A stretch of 64,000 nt of DNA from Mobula hypostoma (taxonomy: Eukaryota), in contig NC_086106.1 in NCBI RefSeq assembly GCF_963921235.1, positions 23,436,001 through 23,500,000 of the forward strand. Direction: 5' to 3'. Of this stretch, positions 1 to 13,143 are shown piece after piece. How positions within the stretch are numbered: the first letter of the stretch is position 1; each line of letters starts with the position of its first letter. The translations under genes and the position numbers were made by a program. The notes below the pieces were generated by a model that was not told the origin of the DNA, did no database searches, and saw nothing but the letters and a program-made list of their open reading frames with translations.

Positions 1-1864
1 GTACGACAACACAATGACAACAACACATTGACACAATTAGACATCAAATTACTGTGTAATTTACTTATTTGAAATATCTATGGCTGGATTATAAAACAAC
101 AAATAAAGATTTTATGCGACAATTATATGCAACTTTACAGCCACGCTGACTTTGTGAGTTAACTACTAATTTTAAAAATCTGCTGACATTTGCGATCCAG
201 TTGTTGCAGGCAGAAAGCACCGTTGCTAGTATCTGACTTGTCTCTGCAAACATGGATTCACAACGCTGTTGTCTCGTTTGGAAGATTTCGATGAAATAAG
301 ACGATTGGGTCTATTTGCCTGCAACGATTGGGTGTGTAGACTAACTACCCGGAAATATATCAATGAAACGCCACAGTCTAAATGTCGTAGAAAATACGTT
401 TGCAATGCTTGCACATCCTTCACTCAAACTGAAGAGGCTGTAGTGTTAGGTTGTGAGGCAGCAAGTTGAAGAGGAACTGCACCATAAGAGTTTTTTTTTG
501 CAAAGAACGTGTTTGATATCTGCAACTCGCAGTCACAGTAGTTTTTTTTTCGGATTATGAGAACATGCAGTCCCCTTTTATTGCCATTTACAAATGCATA
601 TATGCATTAAGAAATGATACAATGTTTCTCCGCAGTGATATCACAGAAAACAGGACAAACCAAAGACTAACACTTTCAGAACCACATCATTATAACATAT
701 AGTGACAGCAATGCAAAGCAATACCATAATAAGATGAAGAACGATCCATGGGCACAGTAAGTAAAGTCTCAAAACATCCCAAGTCGATCGAGTCCAGAGT
801 CCTCGATAGCAGGCCGGAAAATCCCTGCTATAAACCCCCACGCTTCGTCAACATCTGATGCGTTGGAAGCAGCCCACCACAGCCGACACTGATTCCATCC
901 GTCCGAATACTTCGAGCTACTAACCAGCCTCTCCGATGCAGCCTCCTTAGCGCCATCCCCTGCCGAGCGCTTTAGTCTTCGACCCGGCTGCTAAAGCACG
1001 CAAAGCCGAGGATTTCGGGGTCACCTACTCCAGTGATTCCCATTACCACACAGTAGCAACGGCAGCGAAGTGGGCATTTCAGAAGTTTTCCAGGTGTTCC
1101 TCCGTACTCTCCCCACCCTCTCCATCAAATCAGAATTTTGCACCTTCCCCTACTTGATAGAGAACAGACATCACCACCAAAGTGACCGCGTGCGTTTAGC
1201 TGTTTAATTTCGAAAAGGAAAGTGGACTTAAACAGTACATAGGAGATAGAGTTGGGATAGAATGATATAAACAGGGCAGACCAGTCATGGTGGACTGAAG
1301 TTAGTCTCTTTGCGGTTGATTGCTTGCACTCTGAAACTCTTGTAATATTTTTGCCAAGTTCATTAGTATACAAATGAAACATTCAAACAATCTGAAGCTG
1401 AGACGGTAAGAACTAGAACCTCCACTGTGTTGTTTGTCTCTTCAACATAGTCTGCAATGGCTCTTTTCCCTCCAGCGATGAGACCAACCTCCTGGTTTTG
1501 GACCTTATAAAAAGAAAAAAAAAATCAAATCCATTATTTCAAACGGTATCATGTGAAGTAATTTTAGATACTACCATTTTGCCTTTAAGTTTTACTTGCA
1601 GCTGAAACTTTTTGAACTCAGGAAGTAGGTTATATCCGGTCTCGCCTAGTCTACCAACTTTATATTGATTGGCTGTGTTGAGGAACAAAGAAGTAATACA
1701 GGATTGACCATGAGTTGATTGGGGGACTTGGAGAAGCAAAAAACTTGATGCAACGCGGATGAGTCAAATGGCTTCTTAACAAACAAGACCGCACTCTTTA
1801 GGGGCACTAATATAACTTTCCCGAGAATAAAAAGTTTCAGTGCAAATCCACAGCGAACACAGAC

Positions 1865-2706
1865 ATGTTTGCCCTATATTTGTTTATTACTGCAGCAGCT
1901 CTTCTGATCGGTAAGTTTTTTTTCCCAAACATTATCGACATCGGTAAGTTTCTCTGACAGTGCAGAACAGAATAATTTATCAGAATACCAGTAAAACAAT
2001 ATTCAACATGACAGGAAAGGATCTGAGGGTACCAAAGTAATATGATTTCAAATCTCCTGCAAGTGGCAATAGGATGTTTGGTTCGGTATTTCCAGGCAAA
2101 CAATAGTCGATTGGATTCAGGCCTTGGCGGGAAATGTTTGCCTTTGCTTTCCTCCTGAAAGGCAACGGGGACTAGGACTCACTAATAAGGGCAATTGGAC
2201 TTTTTCTCAAAAAGTTAATTTCATTCAACCTTTGCTGCCACCCTTGCTAATTTATACAGGCATAATACTTCTACCTCAACTTGTAACCTACACCCCTCGT
2301 CTCTAAATAGTACAAAGGAACCAGGATGTACTTCGTCGGTATGTTAGTAGAACATTGATATTACTTGACTAAAATTTGGAAATTATTTTTGTTCTGCAAC
2401 AGGATATTGCCGAGGCGATGCCGTTTATCAGGCACCTGCTGTCAGAACAGTCATGGAAGGGGAAGTTGCAGTGTTGAATTGTAATTATACAACAGCAAGC
2501 TCGGAACCCAATTTATTCTGGTACCGTCAGTATCCCGGAGGTTCCCTCGAGTTTCTGTTGCACCTTACGAAATATGACAGCCACCGAGAGAATGTTCTAC
2601 GACAACGCTTCACGGCGCAGTTGAATGATTCAAATAGAACGGTCCCACTGACAGTATCCGACACACATCTAGAAGGCACTGCCATGTATTACTGTGCTCT
2701 GAGACC
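1865..2706 (+). CDS. TRAV/DV: TCR alpha/delta V segment A1, apparently functional (leader exon 1865-1910, intron 1911-2402, V exon 2403-2706)
   Basis: Leader MFALYLFITAAALLI followed by a phase-1 GTAAG donor, and acceptor ..CAACAG. The spliced ORF reads GYCRGDAVYQAPAVRTVMEGEVAVLNC..LFWYRQYPGGSLEFLL..RF..YYCALRP, with both Ig cysteines, the conserved Trp and no stops. A 23-RSS follows. The CALR ending is typical of alpha/delta V segments. Confidence 0.93.
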
Positions 2707-2745
2707 CACAGGGGTACAGAGCTATGCTGAACCAGTACAATAACT
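2707..2745 (+). promoter_or_regulatory. Recombination signal sequence (23-RSS) of V-A1
   Basis: Heptamer CACAGGG (2707-2713), 23-nt spacer, nonamer ACAATAACT (2737-2745), directly after the V exon. Confidence 0.92.
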
Positions 2746-5700
2746 GCTTGCGTTCACTAGTGGCAGCTGAGTGTAACCGCCGCTCTCTGCACGCCGGGAG
2801 GATGTTGGTCGACCTGATATGCACTCAAATAGCAATTCATTTCATGATATTATAATCCAGCGGATTGAATTGCCTTCAGTACGTTAGTGCTCAATGTGTT
2901 CAAAATCCCGTCTACAGTCATTCCTACGACAGAAGAAAGAACAAACCTCCCATTGTTATTTTCCTCACAATATTTTGAAGAAGAGTTATTTACCTTCCAT
3001 TGCTGTGTACGCAGTTCTTCCGCCCCCCCCCAGTATCTTACTGAAATCTAACGGTTTCCGCAATTTATTATTAATTGCATTTTTTCACATGACAATTAAT
3101 TTATTTGTTTTTACTTCTGAACATTCTTTCAGAGCTATATCGCCGCGCCCTCCTATGGAGTACTAGGTAACTGCAATCTAATATTGCCAGAATGTTGCAC
3201 CACGATCACCAATAGTGGGGAGGTGAAATTTTTCCTTGCTACCGCTTACGGGGCAGAGGGAGGGTAGCTGGAGGAGACTCTGGGGTTCTAACTTTTAACT
3301 GTCATTCATTCTTGCAGGACCCTCCTTTGTTTGTTTTCGTGGTTGTTTGCGAATAAAAAGCATTTCAGGATGTACATTGTTCAAATTTCTCTGACATTAA
3401 CCATACCTTTGAAACTTTTGAAATAAGAGGTATATGGGCGCACTGGTACAGGACGAGATTGAATTTTAATATGCAACTCATCCTTCTAGTACTACTGAGC
3501 CAATTGAAGAGGACGTGGTTTACAGAGCGAGCGTTACTTCGGCTATTCTCACAATTGCACTGCTGACATCTCACTTTTCAGGAAATAACATTGACATCAC
3601 TCATAACACAATTCAAAAACAGTCTGACTGAGAAGTAACAGAAACATCGGAGACAATTTAGCGGGGAATGGGTAATATGAACGCAGAAAGTCTCTTCTTA
3701 ATATATTACAGTTTAATCGGAAGCCCTGTCGTAGTGTCATTCGTGTGAGAGTCGAAATATCGTGCTAACCATACTGTAATATTCTATGGTTCGTGCTACA
3801 ATTAAATAATACATGTAATGTAAATGGCTTGTTGTCTTGGGATAATAGGATATGTAATAATATGGACCTTGACTACTGCGATTTCGAAAGAGTGCTCTAC
3901 TGCTCTAACAACGATACAATTCAGTGAAATTATCTTCGACAATATCACCTCGAAATTATTATCGGGTTAGTAAAGCTATTTTGCCTCGTGTATTGACCGA
4001 TGCCTAAATTAATGAGCCCTGCCGCCCTGTGCACTGCAGTTACAAATTGTTAATTTACCTAAAGGTGTTAAACCTTGCGCTTTATGTTTAAGAGTGTCCA
4101 TTGCTTTTGACTAGCACGGATTTTCCAGTTTCTGTGTGTATTTAAAGCGAATTCCAATGAGAGATGGCTCTAAACTCCCTTTGTTTCCAGAATGATTCAA
4201 CTCCCAATGTTGCTTGGTCTAACCACTGATACTCTGTCGGGATTTCCTTCAAATGAACTCGTGCTTCAGTGTCTAAATGTTATATTGTCGGTTTCCCGCA
4301 ATGGCGGCAGTCATTTCTTTGCGCACACTGTTGCTGTGGAAATGAGTTAAGAATAAATCAATTTTGTTGGTGGAAGGGGACTATTAATTAAAGTCCTTTT
4401 CCCTGGTGGAATGTTTACTATGTTGACTGCTGTAATCTTATTTGTGCATAGTGGTTGTTGTTTTATGTCCCCTTCATGCCTCAACCATTGTCATCAGTTT
4501 CACAAAGGCAAGCTGTAGCTAAATTCTTGTGCAGCTCAAGTACGCATGACGATATTGTAATATGAAACATATAGGGAGGAATGTTATAGAGGTTAGTTTA
4601 GTTTAAGCATGTGATTCAGTTGGGAGAACATTGATTGTACATGGCTGAAAAACGACGTTTGAAAGTACCTAATTAATAAACATGATATAGAAGTCAGCTC
4701 TTTTAATTCATTATAGATGGTGTAATTTCAATCGAATATGATCAATGTGAGCAACGTTGATGTTACAGTAACAGTGTCTGAACGAGGACTAAAATAAGTT
4801 GTTTAATTTAAATGAAGCCCGAAAATGTAATCTCAGTCCTTGGAGCTCTGTGCAATGTGGAGATTAATGCGTTCTGAGTGGGTTCTCAGAAAGGCAGCAT
4901 TATTGTTAAGGAGCTCCAGCACCCACCGGATGCCCTTTTAAGATTGTTACCATCAGGTCGTAGTTACAGAGGCTTCAGGGCACACACTCACCGATTCAAA
5001 ACAGCTTCCTCACCTCTGCCAGCCGATTCATAAATGGACATTGAAGCTTTGGACACTGACCTCACTCTTTTAAATATAAAGTATTTCTCATTTTGCATAA
5101 TTGATTTACTTGCTTATTTAATATTATGTTTTATTTGTTTTCTTCGCTAGATCATGTATTGCATTGAACTGTTGTTACTCTGTTAACATATTCACGTCAC
5201 ATGCTGCTGATAATAAACCTTTTTCTGATTCTGAAATCTTAACAAAAACATGTATTATAAAACACGTTACAGATAATGGAATAAAAAGGAAAGAGGCGGA
5301 CGTTAATGCAAAATGTAGAAAATATAATGTGATTACTATTTCAGGCGAAGAACATTCCGAAAAATATTGCATAGCATTGTTCAATAATGACTGGTATTAT
5401 ATATCTGCCAAACGGAATAACGGCAGACGTATTCAGAAGAGCAACTGCTCCCAGAGGAATTCTCGTCAATTTCAAGTGCGACAGAAACGGTGATAATGAA
5501 CACTACTTCGAATAAATATAGACTGAGCTATTGTCCGTAGATACACGGAAAAAAAAAACAAAAACATCTGAATTATTTCACTCAGATCTGTGAGGTCGTC
5601 AAACCTCGTTGGAGTCAGATATTGGCGAAAGACGGAAGTGCTTTCTCAGATTCTTCGTTTTCTGCAGCCCGCAATGTTATCCTTGCTTTTCTATGTGTCT

Positions 5701-5770
5701 CTATGTCTCATACTACAGAAACTCTTAGAAATCATGTAAACATTGATTATATTATGTTATATTGATTATA

Positions 5771-8320
5771 TCAACGAGACTTGGAAGAGCAAATCTGCAG
5801 AGAGATAGCAGGCAACTACAGGAAACATAAAGTTATGGTGGTAGAGGATTTTAATTTTCCATACATTGATTGGGACTCCCATACTGACAGGAGTGTAGAT
5901 GGTTTAGATTTGTAAAATGTGTTCAGGAAAGTTTTCTAAATCAGTATATAGAGGGACCAACTAGAGGGGATGCAATATTGGATCTCCTGTTAGGAAACGA
6001 ATTAGGGCAAATGACCGAAATCTGTGTAGGGGAGCTCTTTGGTTCCAGTGATCATAACACCTTTAGTTTCAATTTGATCATGGACAAGGATAGATCTGGT
6101 CCTAGGGTTGAGGTTCTGAATTGGAAGAAGGCCAAATTAGAAGAAATGAGAAAGGATCAAAAAAGCGTGGATTGGGACAGGTTGTTCTCTGGCAAAGTTG
6201 TGATTGGTAGGTGGGAGGCCTTCGAAGGGGAAATCTTGAGAGTGCAGAGTTTGTATGTTCCTGTCAGGATTAAAGGCAAATTGAACAGGAATAAGGAACC
6301 TTGGTTCTCAACGGATATTGCAACTCTGATAAAGAAGAAGAGGGAGCTGTATGAAATGTATATGAAACAGGGCGTAAATCAGGTGCTTGAGGAGTATAAG
6401 AACTGCAAGAAAATACTTAAGAAAGAAATCAGGAGGGCTAAAAAATACATGAGGTTGCCTTGGCAGTCAAAGTGAAGAATAATCCAAAGAGCTTTTACAA
6501 GTATATTAAGGGCAAAAGGATTGTAAGGGATAAAATTGGTCCTCTTGAAGATCAGAGTCGTCGGCTTTGTCCGGAACCAAAGGAAATGGGGGAGATCTTA
6601 AATAGAATTTTTTTTTTTTTTTTGCGTCTGTATTTACTAAGGAAGCTGGCATGAAATCTATGGAATTGAGGGAATCAAGTAGTGAGACCATGGAAACTGT
6701 ACAGATTGAAAAGGTGGAGGTGCTTGCTGTCTTGTGGAAAATTAAAGTGGATAAATCCCCGGGACCTCACAAAGTGTTCCCTTGGACCTTGAAGGAGACT
6801 AGTGTTGAAATTGCGGGGGCCCTGGCAGAAATATTTAAAATGTCGCTGTCTACGGGTGAGGAGCCGGAGGATTGGAGAGTGGCTCATGTTGTTCCGTTGT
6901 TTAAAAAAGGATCGAAAAGTAATCCGTGAAATTATAGGCCGGTGAGTTTAACGTCAGTAGTAGGTAAGTTATTGGCGGGAGTACTAAGAGACAGAATCTA
7001 CAAGCATTTGGATAGACAGGGGCTTATTGGGGAGAGTCAACATGGCTTTCTGCGTGGTACGTCATGTTTGACCAATCTGTTGGAGTTTTTCGAGGAGGTT
7101 ACCAGGAAAGTGGATGAAGAGAAGGCAGTGGATATTGTCTACATGGACTTCAGTAAGGCCTTTGACAAGGTCTCGCATGGGAGGTTAGTTAGGAAAATTC
7201 AGTCGCTAGGTATACATGGAGAGGTGGTAAATTGGATTAGACATTGGCTCAATGGAAGAAGCCAGAGAGTGGTGGTAGAGAATTGCTTCTTTGAGTGGAG
7301 GCCTGTGACTAGTGGTGTGCCATAGGGATCAGTACTGGGTCCATTGTTATTTGTCATCTATATCAATGAACTGGATGATAATGTAGTAAATTGGAACAGC
7401 AAGTTTGCTGATGATACAAAGATTGGAGGTGTAGTAGACAGTGTGGAAGGTTTTCAGAGCCTGCAGAGGGACTTGGACCAGCTGGAAACGTGGGCTGAAA
7501 AATGGCAGATGGAATTTAATACTGACAAGTGTGAGGTATTTCACGTTGGAAGGACAAAACAACGTAGAACATACCGGGTTAATGGTAAGGCACTGAGGAG
7601 TGCAGTGGAACAGAGGGATCTGGGAATACAGTTACAAAATTCCCTAAAAGTGTCGTCATAGGTAGATAGGGTCGTAAAAAGAGCTTTTGGCACATTGGTC
7701 TTTATTAATCGAAGTATTGAGTAAGAGCTGGAATGTTATGATCAGGTTGTATAAGGCAGTGGTGAGGCCGAATCTGGAGTACTGTGTTCAGTTTTGGTCA
7801 CCAAATTACAGGAAGGATATAAATAAGGTTGAAAGAGTGCATGGAAGGTTTACAAGGATGTTCCCGGGACTTGAGAAACTCAGTTACAGAGAAAGATTGA
7901 ATAGGTTAGGATTTTATTCCCTGGAGCGTAGAAGAATGAGGGGAGATTTGATAGAGGTATATAAAATTATGATGGGTATAGATAGAGTGAGTGCAAGCAT
8001 GCTTTTTCCACTGAGGTAAGGGGAGAAAAAAAAACAGATGACATGGGTTAAGGGTGGGGGGGAGTTTAAAGGGAACATTGGGGGGGCTTCTTCACACAGA
8101 GAGTGGTGGGAATATGGAATGAGCTGCCAGACGAGGTGGTAAATGCGGGTTATTTTTTAACATTTAAGAATAAATTGGACAGATACATGGATGGGAGGTG
8201 TATGGAGGGATATGGTACGTGTGCAGGTCAGTGGGACTTGGCAGAAAATGGTTCGGCACAGCCAAGAAGGGCCAAAGGGCCTGTTTCTGTGCTGTAGTTT
8301 CTATGGTTCTATGGTTCTAT
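5771..8320 (+). mobile_element. 5'-truncated CR1-type LINE, degenerate ORF2 (end of endonuclease plus RT)
   Basis: Fragmented ORFs with YRPVSLTSVVGK, MDFSKAFDKV, SGVP, FADDTK and RPNLEYCVQFWSP, ending in a (CTATGGTT)-type 3' tail at 8297-8320. Absent from the paralogous block, whose empty site is at about 22000. Confidence 0.93.
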
Positions 8321-9806
8321 TACGATTGGCCCTCCGAATACAATTCCTGAAATGTTATTACACATGATCAAACTACTTAATTGTATATCTTTGTATTTTT
8401 ACTACATTAGGAAACCATTCTACGCATTCAGGAATGTTGCAAAGGTTATAAATACACGACTGTGAGGCAAACAAATCTTCCAGCTCATCAGAGCATAGGT
8501 TGAAAGGTTATTACACATCTACTTTACAGAAACCCGTTTACTTCGCCAATAACTCAATTGGCTTTGTTTCTCGATCGATCAATCCATCGCTGTTTCTCTG
8601 TTTCACGATACAACCAGTTAACCAGGCGAAAGTAGATCCGATAAGAACGGACATAAGTTACTTGCTGTGAGTTGACGATGAACTTGCATACAATGGACAG
8701 AAACAAAAATAGCAGGAAGAGAATTGACCTAAAGGAAACTGTTGGAAAAGATTCAGGTCATATTTATTTGAATGAATACCAATATATAATAAGCAGATAC
8801 ACCCGCTCCGACTGAGAGGAGGAAAATATCTCACAGAGAACGTCCCAGAAGTCGAATTTAATGACCGTTGGCTTTCGAGTTTAGTGAACATATTCAATCA
8901 TACGATTATCAAAAAGTTATCAGTATCATGTAGGTAAAGAGTATTATTGCGAAAACAGAAGATGCAGCCTACCACGAGTAGCCTCACCACAGTTATATTG
9001 TCCTGCTCAATTTCATCGTTACACATTATAAAAAAAAATAAAAATCTTTTACTATTTGTGCACTTGAAGCCATTTATTTATTTATATAGCCCCCCCTCTG
9101 CAAGCATGTCAGAGATATCAGCCGCATTCTGAAACAATAAAAAAAAACAGGGTTATACTTAACTTTTGCTTGAGTTATCCATCCAGTCAGTTTAAACCTA
9201 CCCCCAAATATGTTTAAGTCAAGAAAGGGCAAGCAGGGGATAACATACGCTATTTATTTCACTGATACTGTGATATATGTTTTACCCTTTACCCTGCGGT
9301 TTTGAAATAGAAAGAGTCTTCACATCGATTCTGTCCTGGCAGCTAAATTCTCCTGATCAAGACAATATCCCGGGGAATCCAATTATTCGTTGAAAAAAAA
9401 ACAAATGACGAAGGAGACATCGTTGGCTACGTCATCTGATACACGTCATTAGGAGGTGATTTAGGCTCTCAATGTACCAAAAATATCAGAAGATGTCAAC
9501 TCCATAAATTGTCAGCCTCTACTTTAGTGATTAATATGGACTGATGCTGCATGACAGATTCTCTGTCCTCTCTCGTCTGCATCGAGAAACATAACTTGAA
9601 AGCTAAATGTTAGCACTGGGAATTTGTCATGCGGGGTTTGAACTCTATGACATTTCAGATTATGAGGAACCTTGCATTAGTTTCGCGCATTGTAAGCATA
9701 TTTTTAACTCGCTACCCCTGTGCACGACAACATCTTTTTTTTATCCCCGATCAGCTCCGTTCAAAGCGTCAGTGTGCGCTCTGGAAACAACACGTTTGAT
9801 CCTCTG

Positions 9807-9845
9807 CGTTTCTGCCCTGTTATGTAGCTGTTCTGAGCCAATGTG
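9807..9845 (-). promoter_or_regulatory. 23-RSS of V-B1
   Basis: On the minus strand: CACATTG (9845-9839), 23-nt spacer, GCAGAAACG (9815-9807), after the codons YLCARTP. Confidence 0.8.
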
Positions 9846-11092
9846 GGCGTCCTGGCACAAAGATACATAGCGAAATCTGAAACGAGAGACCCGGTGATGT
9901 TGAAAGGAAAATGCCGACAATTTCTGCTGGATCGACAGGAAAACCTGTCTGGCTTTTGAAATATCGTTATTGGACATTAGTGCTGAGGCTAGGAGGGCAT
10001 ACAGAGCTTAGGAGGGATAATGCCTCCTGGGGGGCGACTCCTTCGCTTCCATCTTCGGAAACCGCTTTTTCTTCAAAGTTTAATATCTTTATATTTGCCA
10101 TACAGGGCTCTTTTGAAAACCCTGACCCGGAGTTTCAAGCAGGCTTCGTATTTTTTAAGCTTTCTTTCTTTCTTTCTTTTTTTTTGCGAGAATAGGACCG
10201 GTATTCAGGGTTGTATGATTGGCCGTTATTCAACCTTCCAGGGGTTTTGCCTAAGAGCCTCGATTGTGTTTGGGAGCCTAAGATCTCGGAGCTCTGGAGA
10301 AGCGGGGAATAGATGGTCGGTATCACGGCAGGAGAGACGTGTGTTGTCGGGGAGGCCAGAAAATATTTCGCTGTGAGCACCAAGACCCGAGGTCTTTGAA
10401 ATCTTCGGACACTGAGCTCGAAAAAAAAAACAATGAAAAGGACTTTTAACACCGTAAACCAGCGGGATGTTGTGATGTCCACCGCTCGCCATGAGAATGC
10501 AGGTCACCTCCCTCTCACTAGCCAGAGAGAGAGAGAGAACTTGTAGTTTTACGAATGTCGGATGAAATGCGAAGTCTCTGGATAACTTTGGACTGTGTCC
10601 TTGCTATCGCTTACGTCACGTTTGTGCTCGGCTGCACTTTTTGTTTGGCCAGTGGAGGAAGGAGCGAATGTTGTTCACTGCCGCTTACGCGCAGGAGCGT
10701 GGAGGGTGGATCTGGGGGTGCGGGGTTCACAGGTTTCACAGTCGTTCATTATTTATGGCACTACTCTGTTTCCGTGGGTGTAAGCGAAGCAAAAGCATTT
10801 CAGAATTTATTTTGTAGAAGTTTTTGAAATTTTCGCGTGTCCCGCGTAACTGCGTGTACCAAAGAGCAGTACCACTGTCTTAAGCTGCGGAATACGTTCA
10901 GGTGATGGTTACCGTTGGGTCTTCCTGTGTCAGCAGTTCAGGTGGTTTCTGGGATACTATTTTCTCACCACAAGCTCCTGCAAGAAAGCACAACTCAGTA
11001 GAATTCGAAGCCGCCGTCTGCACACCAGATTTTTTAAGTGTAGACCCACCTGGAAGAACGAGAATTACGAACATTGCACGATGTGCGATCTT
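9846..11092 (-). pseudogene. TRAV/DV: TCR alpha/delta V pseudogene B1, split by a retroposon-like insert
   Basis: Acceptor TTGCAG at 10978. The 5' half reads GACGEKIVSQKPPELLTQEDPTVTIT*TYSAA*DSGTALWYTQ, with a TGA at the first Cys and a TAA in CDR1. An insert of about 830 bp (9988-10820) follows. The 3' half reads PDRFSCRSSRNCRHFPFNITGSLVSDFAMYLCARTP and is followed by a 23-RSS. A leader remnant MFVILVLP with a GT donor lies at 11050. Confidence 0.88.
9988..10820 (+). mobile_element. Non-autonomous retroposon-like insert inside V-B1
   Basis: Interrupts a V exon whose two halves align with the uninterrupted family C exon. No long ORF. The 3' end resembles the short repeat tail at about 3330-3423. 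Confidence 0.6.
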
Positions 11093-13143
11093 GTCTTGAA
11101 GGGTAATAACTTAACGTGCTCATGTCCATCTGTAAGAGCACACAGATGAAATATGATTGTTTTATTTTGCAGATAAATAGCGTTCTCCTAGTTCAGGCTT
11201 GGCCTGTCATAAAAAATAAGACTGGTTTGGCACAAATCCTCTTCTCCCATGACATTTGATGCACGTCTTTCGGAGCTGCATTACAATTTTAAACGTACCA
11301 CAAAATATCGGAACAGGTCAGCAAGTAGCTGGAGTGTTAGTACAGCTCATTGAAATATCCACTTTAACTGTGGTGATTAACATGGGCAGTTGCTGCAGAA
11401 CGGATTTTCCCTCTCTCTAATTTGGCGAAAAGTACATATAATACTAGAGTAAAAATGTATTACTCTGACCTTGTTATGTGGGAATCGTTTACTTGTCCGT
11501 CGAAAGCTGCTAGGAAAATAATCTTCAGAGTTGGTGGAGCGCACGTGCTCTCTGACCGAGGTATCAAGTTTGCTGAGGGGTTAATGTTGTTGTTTGAGTA
11601 ATCTGGGTGTTTCACAACTACGTATTCGGCAGCACATTTGATACGACAATTGTACTTGTGGGTATGTACGTTTCTGCTAATTATTATTATTTAATCGCGA
11701 TAATATTTAACTCTATAAATGTCGTCGTAGTCCTCGTAGAGACTTGGACAGAGCACAACAACGCTTCGCTACGTGTTTCTATTCGGAATTCTCTGAGAAA
11801 ATCGACGATCAAGTCAACTGACTCAGAAGACTAGCGGTTATCGTTTAATGTTTAGATGTTCCTTTCAGCCGCAGTGTAGACTTCGTTTTCCATTTTAGAG
11901 TTTTCGTTAACTGTTCTGTTTGGCCTTGCGTTCATTGGTTTATTTTGCATTTTGAACTGATCGCATTGAAGTCTGTGAACTATCACCTGCTTCAGTGCCG
12001 CTCACTCCGCACTTGGGCCATATCCGAACCTGCTAACAGGGTGACCTCGACGTTTTGTCGAATCTTTCACTACTTCAGAATACATGATCGACGTGCGCAT
12101 TCGCAGTCAGTGTCTTCTGGATCGCTCTATTCCTGGGCCCCTTCTTTCATGATGGATACCTGCAAGGATAATTAAAACAGACAACAACTAAGTGTTAAAC
12201 ACATTTCATTCAGAAAAAAAAACAGAAAACATTCAGCTAGTCGGCATGTAATGTTTGATGCAAGAGTGTAATTTGAAGATGTAAATATTCATTAATATGT
12301 GAGAAAAGTGGTGCAGGGATATTATCTGAATCTCTCTCTCTCTCTCTCTCTCTCTAACCCCCCGCCCCTCCCTCCCTCTCTCACTCTCCTCTCTCATACT
12401 CTCACTCGTCCATTTAACGCAAAACCTTTCTTTTTTCCATCGTTCAGTTGTCGCATAGAAACAAATACTAAGTAGAATAATAAAAAAAAACATAATTCCA
12501 TGGAATGCAGTGGAGTCAAATTCGGGTAAAATTCCTGGAAAGATGCGATTATACATTACAACGAGAGAGGTGCGATTGGTGGTGAAGGCAACTGCAGAGC
12601 AAAGTCTTCAATTATTTCAGACTCAGGCAATGTAAACATGAAAACGTAACCAAAATGCTATACCACAACCATCAGTACGACTAATGTAAGTACAATGATT
12701 GACAGTTCTCATCGTGAGGCCCTTAACCACAGACATTCCATGACGTACTGAGTCAGACAATAGTTGGCTTCTGAGACATAAATGTACCCCAGTAAGTAAC
12801 CGCACATTGGGGAATATGAGCGCCAGCAACTGGATGCATGCCGCTGTTCCTTAGGATCAATGACTTAAATGAAACAATTCATGTTGGCTCAGTTTTGGAT
12901 GACCGAGATGCATCAGTAGTTGATCGGGTTAAATTTAGCAGCAGATTTATGAATCTAATGACATTTCATATTGCAGTAAACATTGGGAGTTGTATAGCTT
13001 TGCTCATTTTATTTGCTTCTCCTGTGCACCCTTACATCTTCCTTCATTCTTTTCAATCAGCAAAGTTTAACGCGATCGGGCGCCCCCTGGAGACTGTGCC
13101 TCTGTGTTTTTACCCGGGTCTGCAGCTGTTATGAGCCAATATG

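Noticed and set aside
5673-5720. Leader-like peptide MLSLLFYVSLCLILQ just before the CR1 insertion (paralog ~21913-21960)
   Set aside because: No GT donor follows, the ATG is absent in the paralog, and no downstream exon with Cys/Trp/YYC or an RSS could be established.
8600-8830. Minus-strand LC..YLLIIYWY..PE..IYFR pattern resembling a V domain
   Set aside because: Cys-Trp and Trp-Cys spacings are wrong, there are several stops, and there is no RSS. Not distinguishable from chance by eye.
9846-9870. YLCART ending of family B suggesting an IgH-like V within the TCR locus
   Set aside because: FR1-FR3 align with the TCR-type family C, and no VH hallmarks (e.g. W-V/I-RQ-PGKGLEW) are present.
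11860-12160. Good minus-strand splice acceptor (12160) with a VYxC-like stretch ~285 nt downstream
   Set aside because: No WY motif at the expected position and no recognisable heptamer or nonamer.
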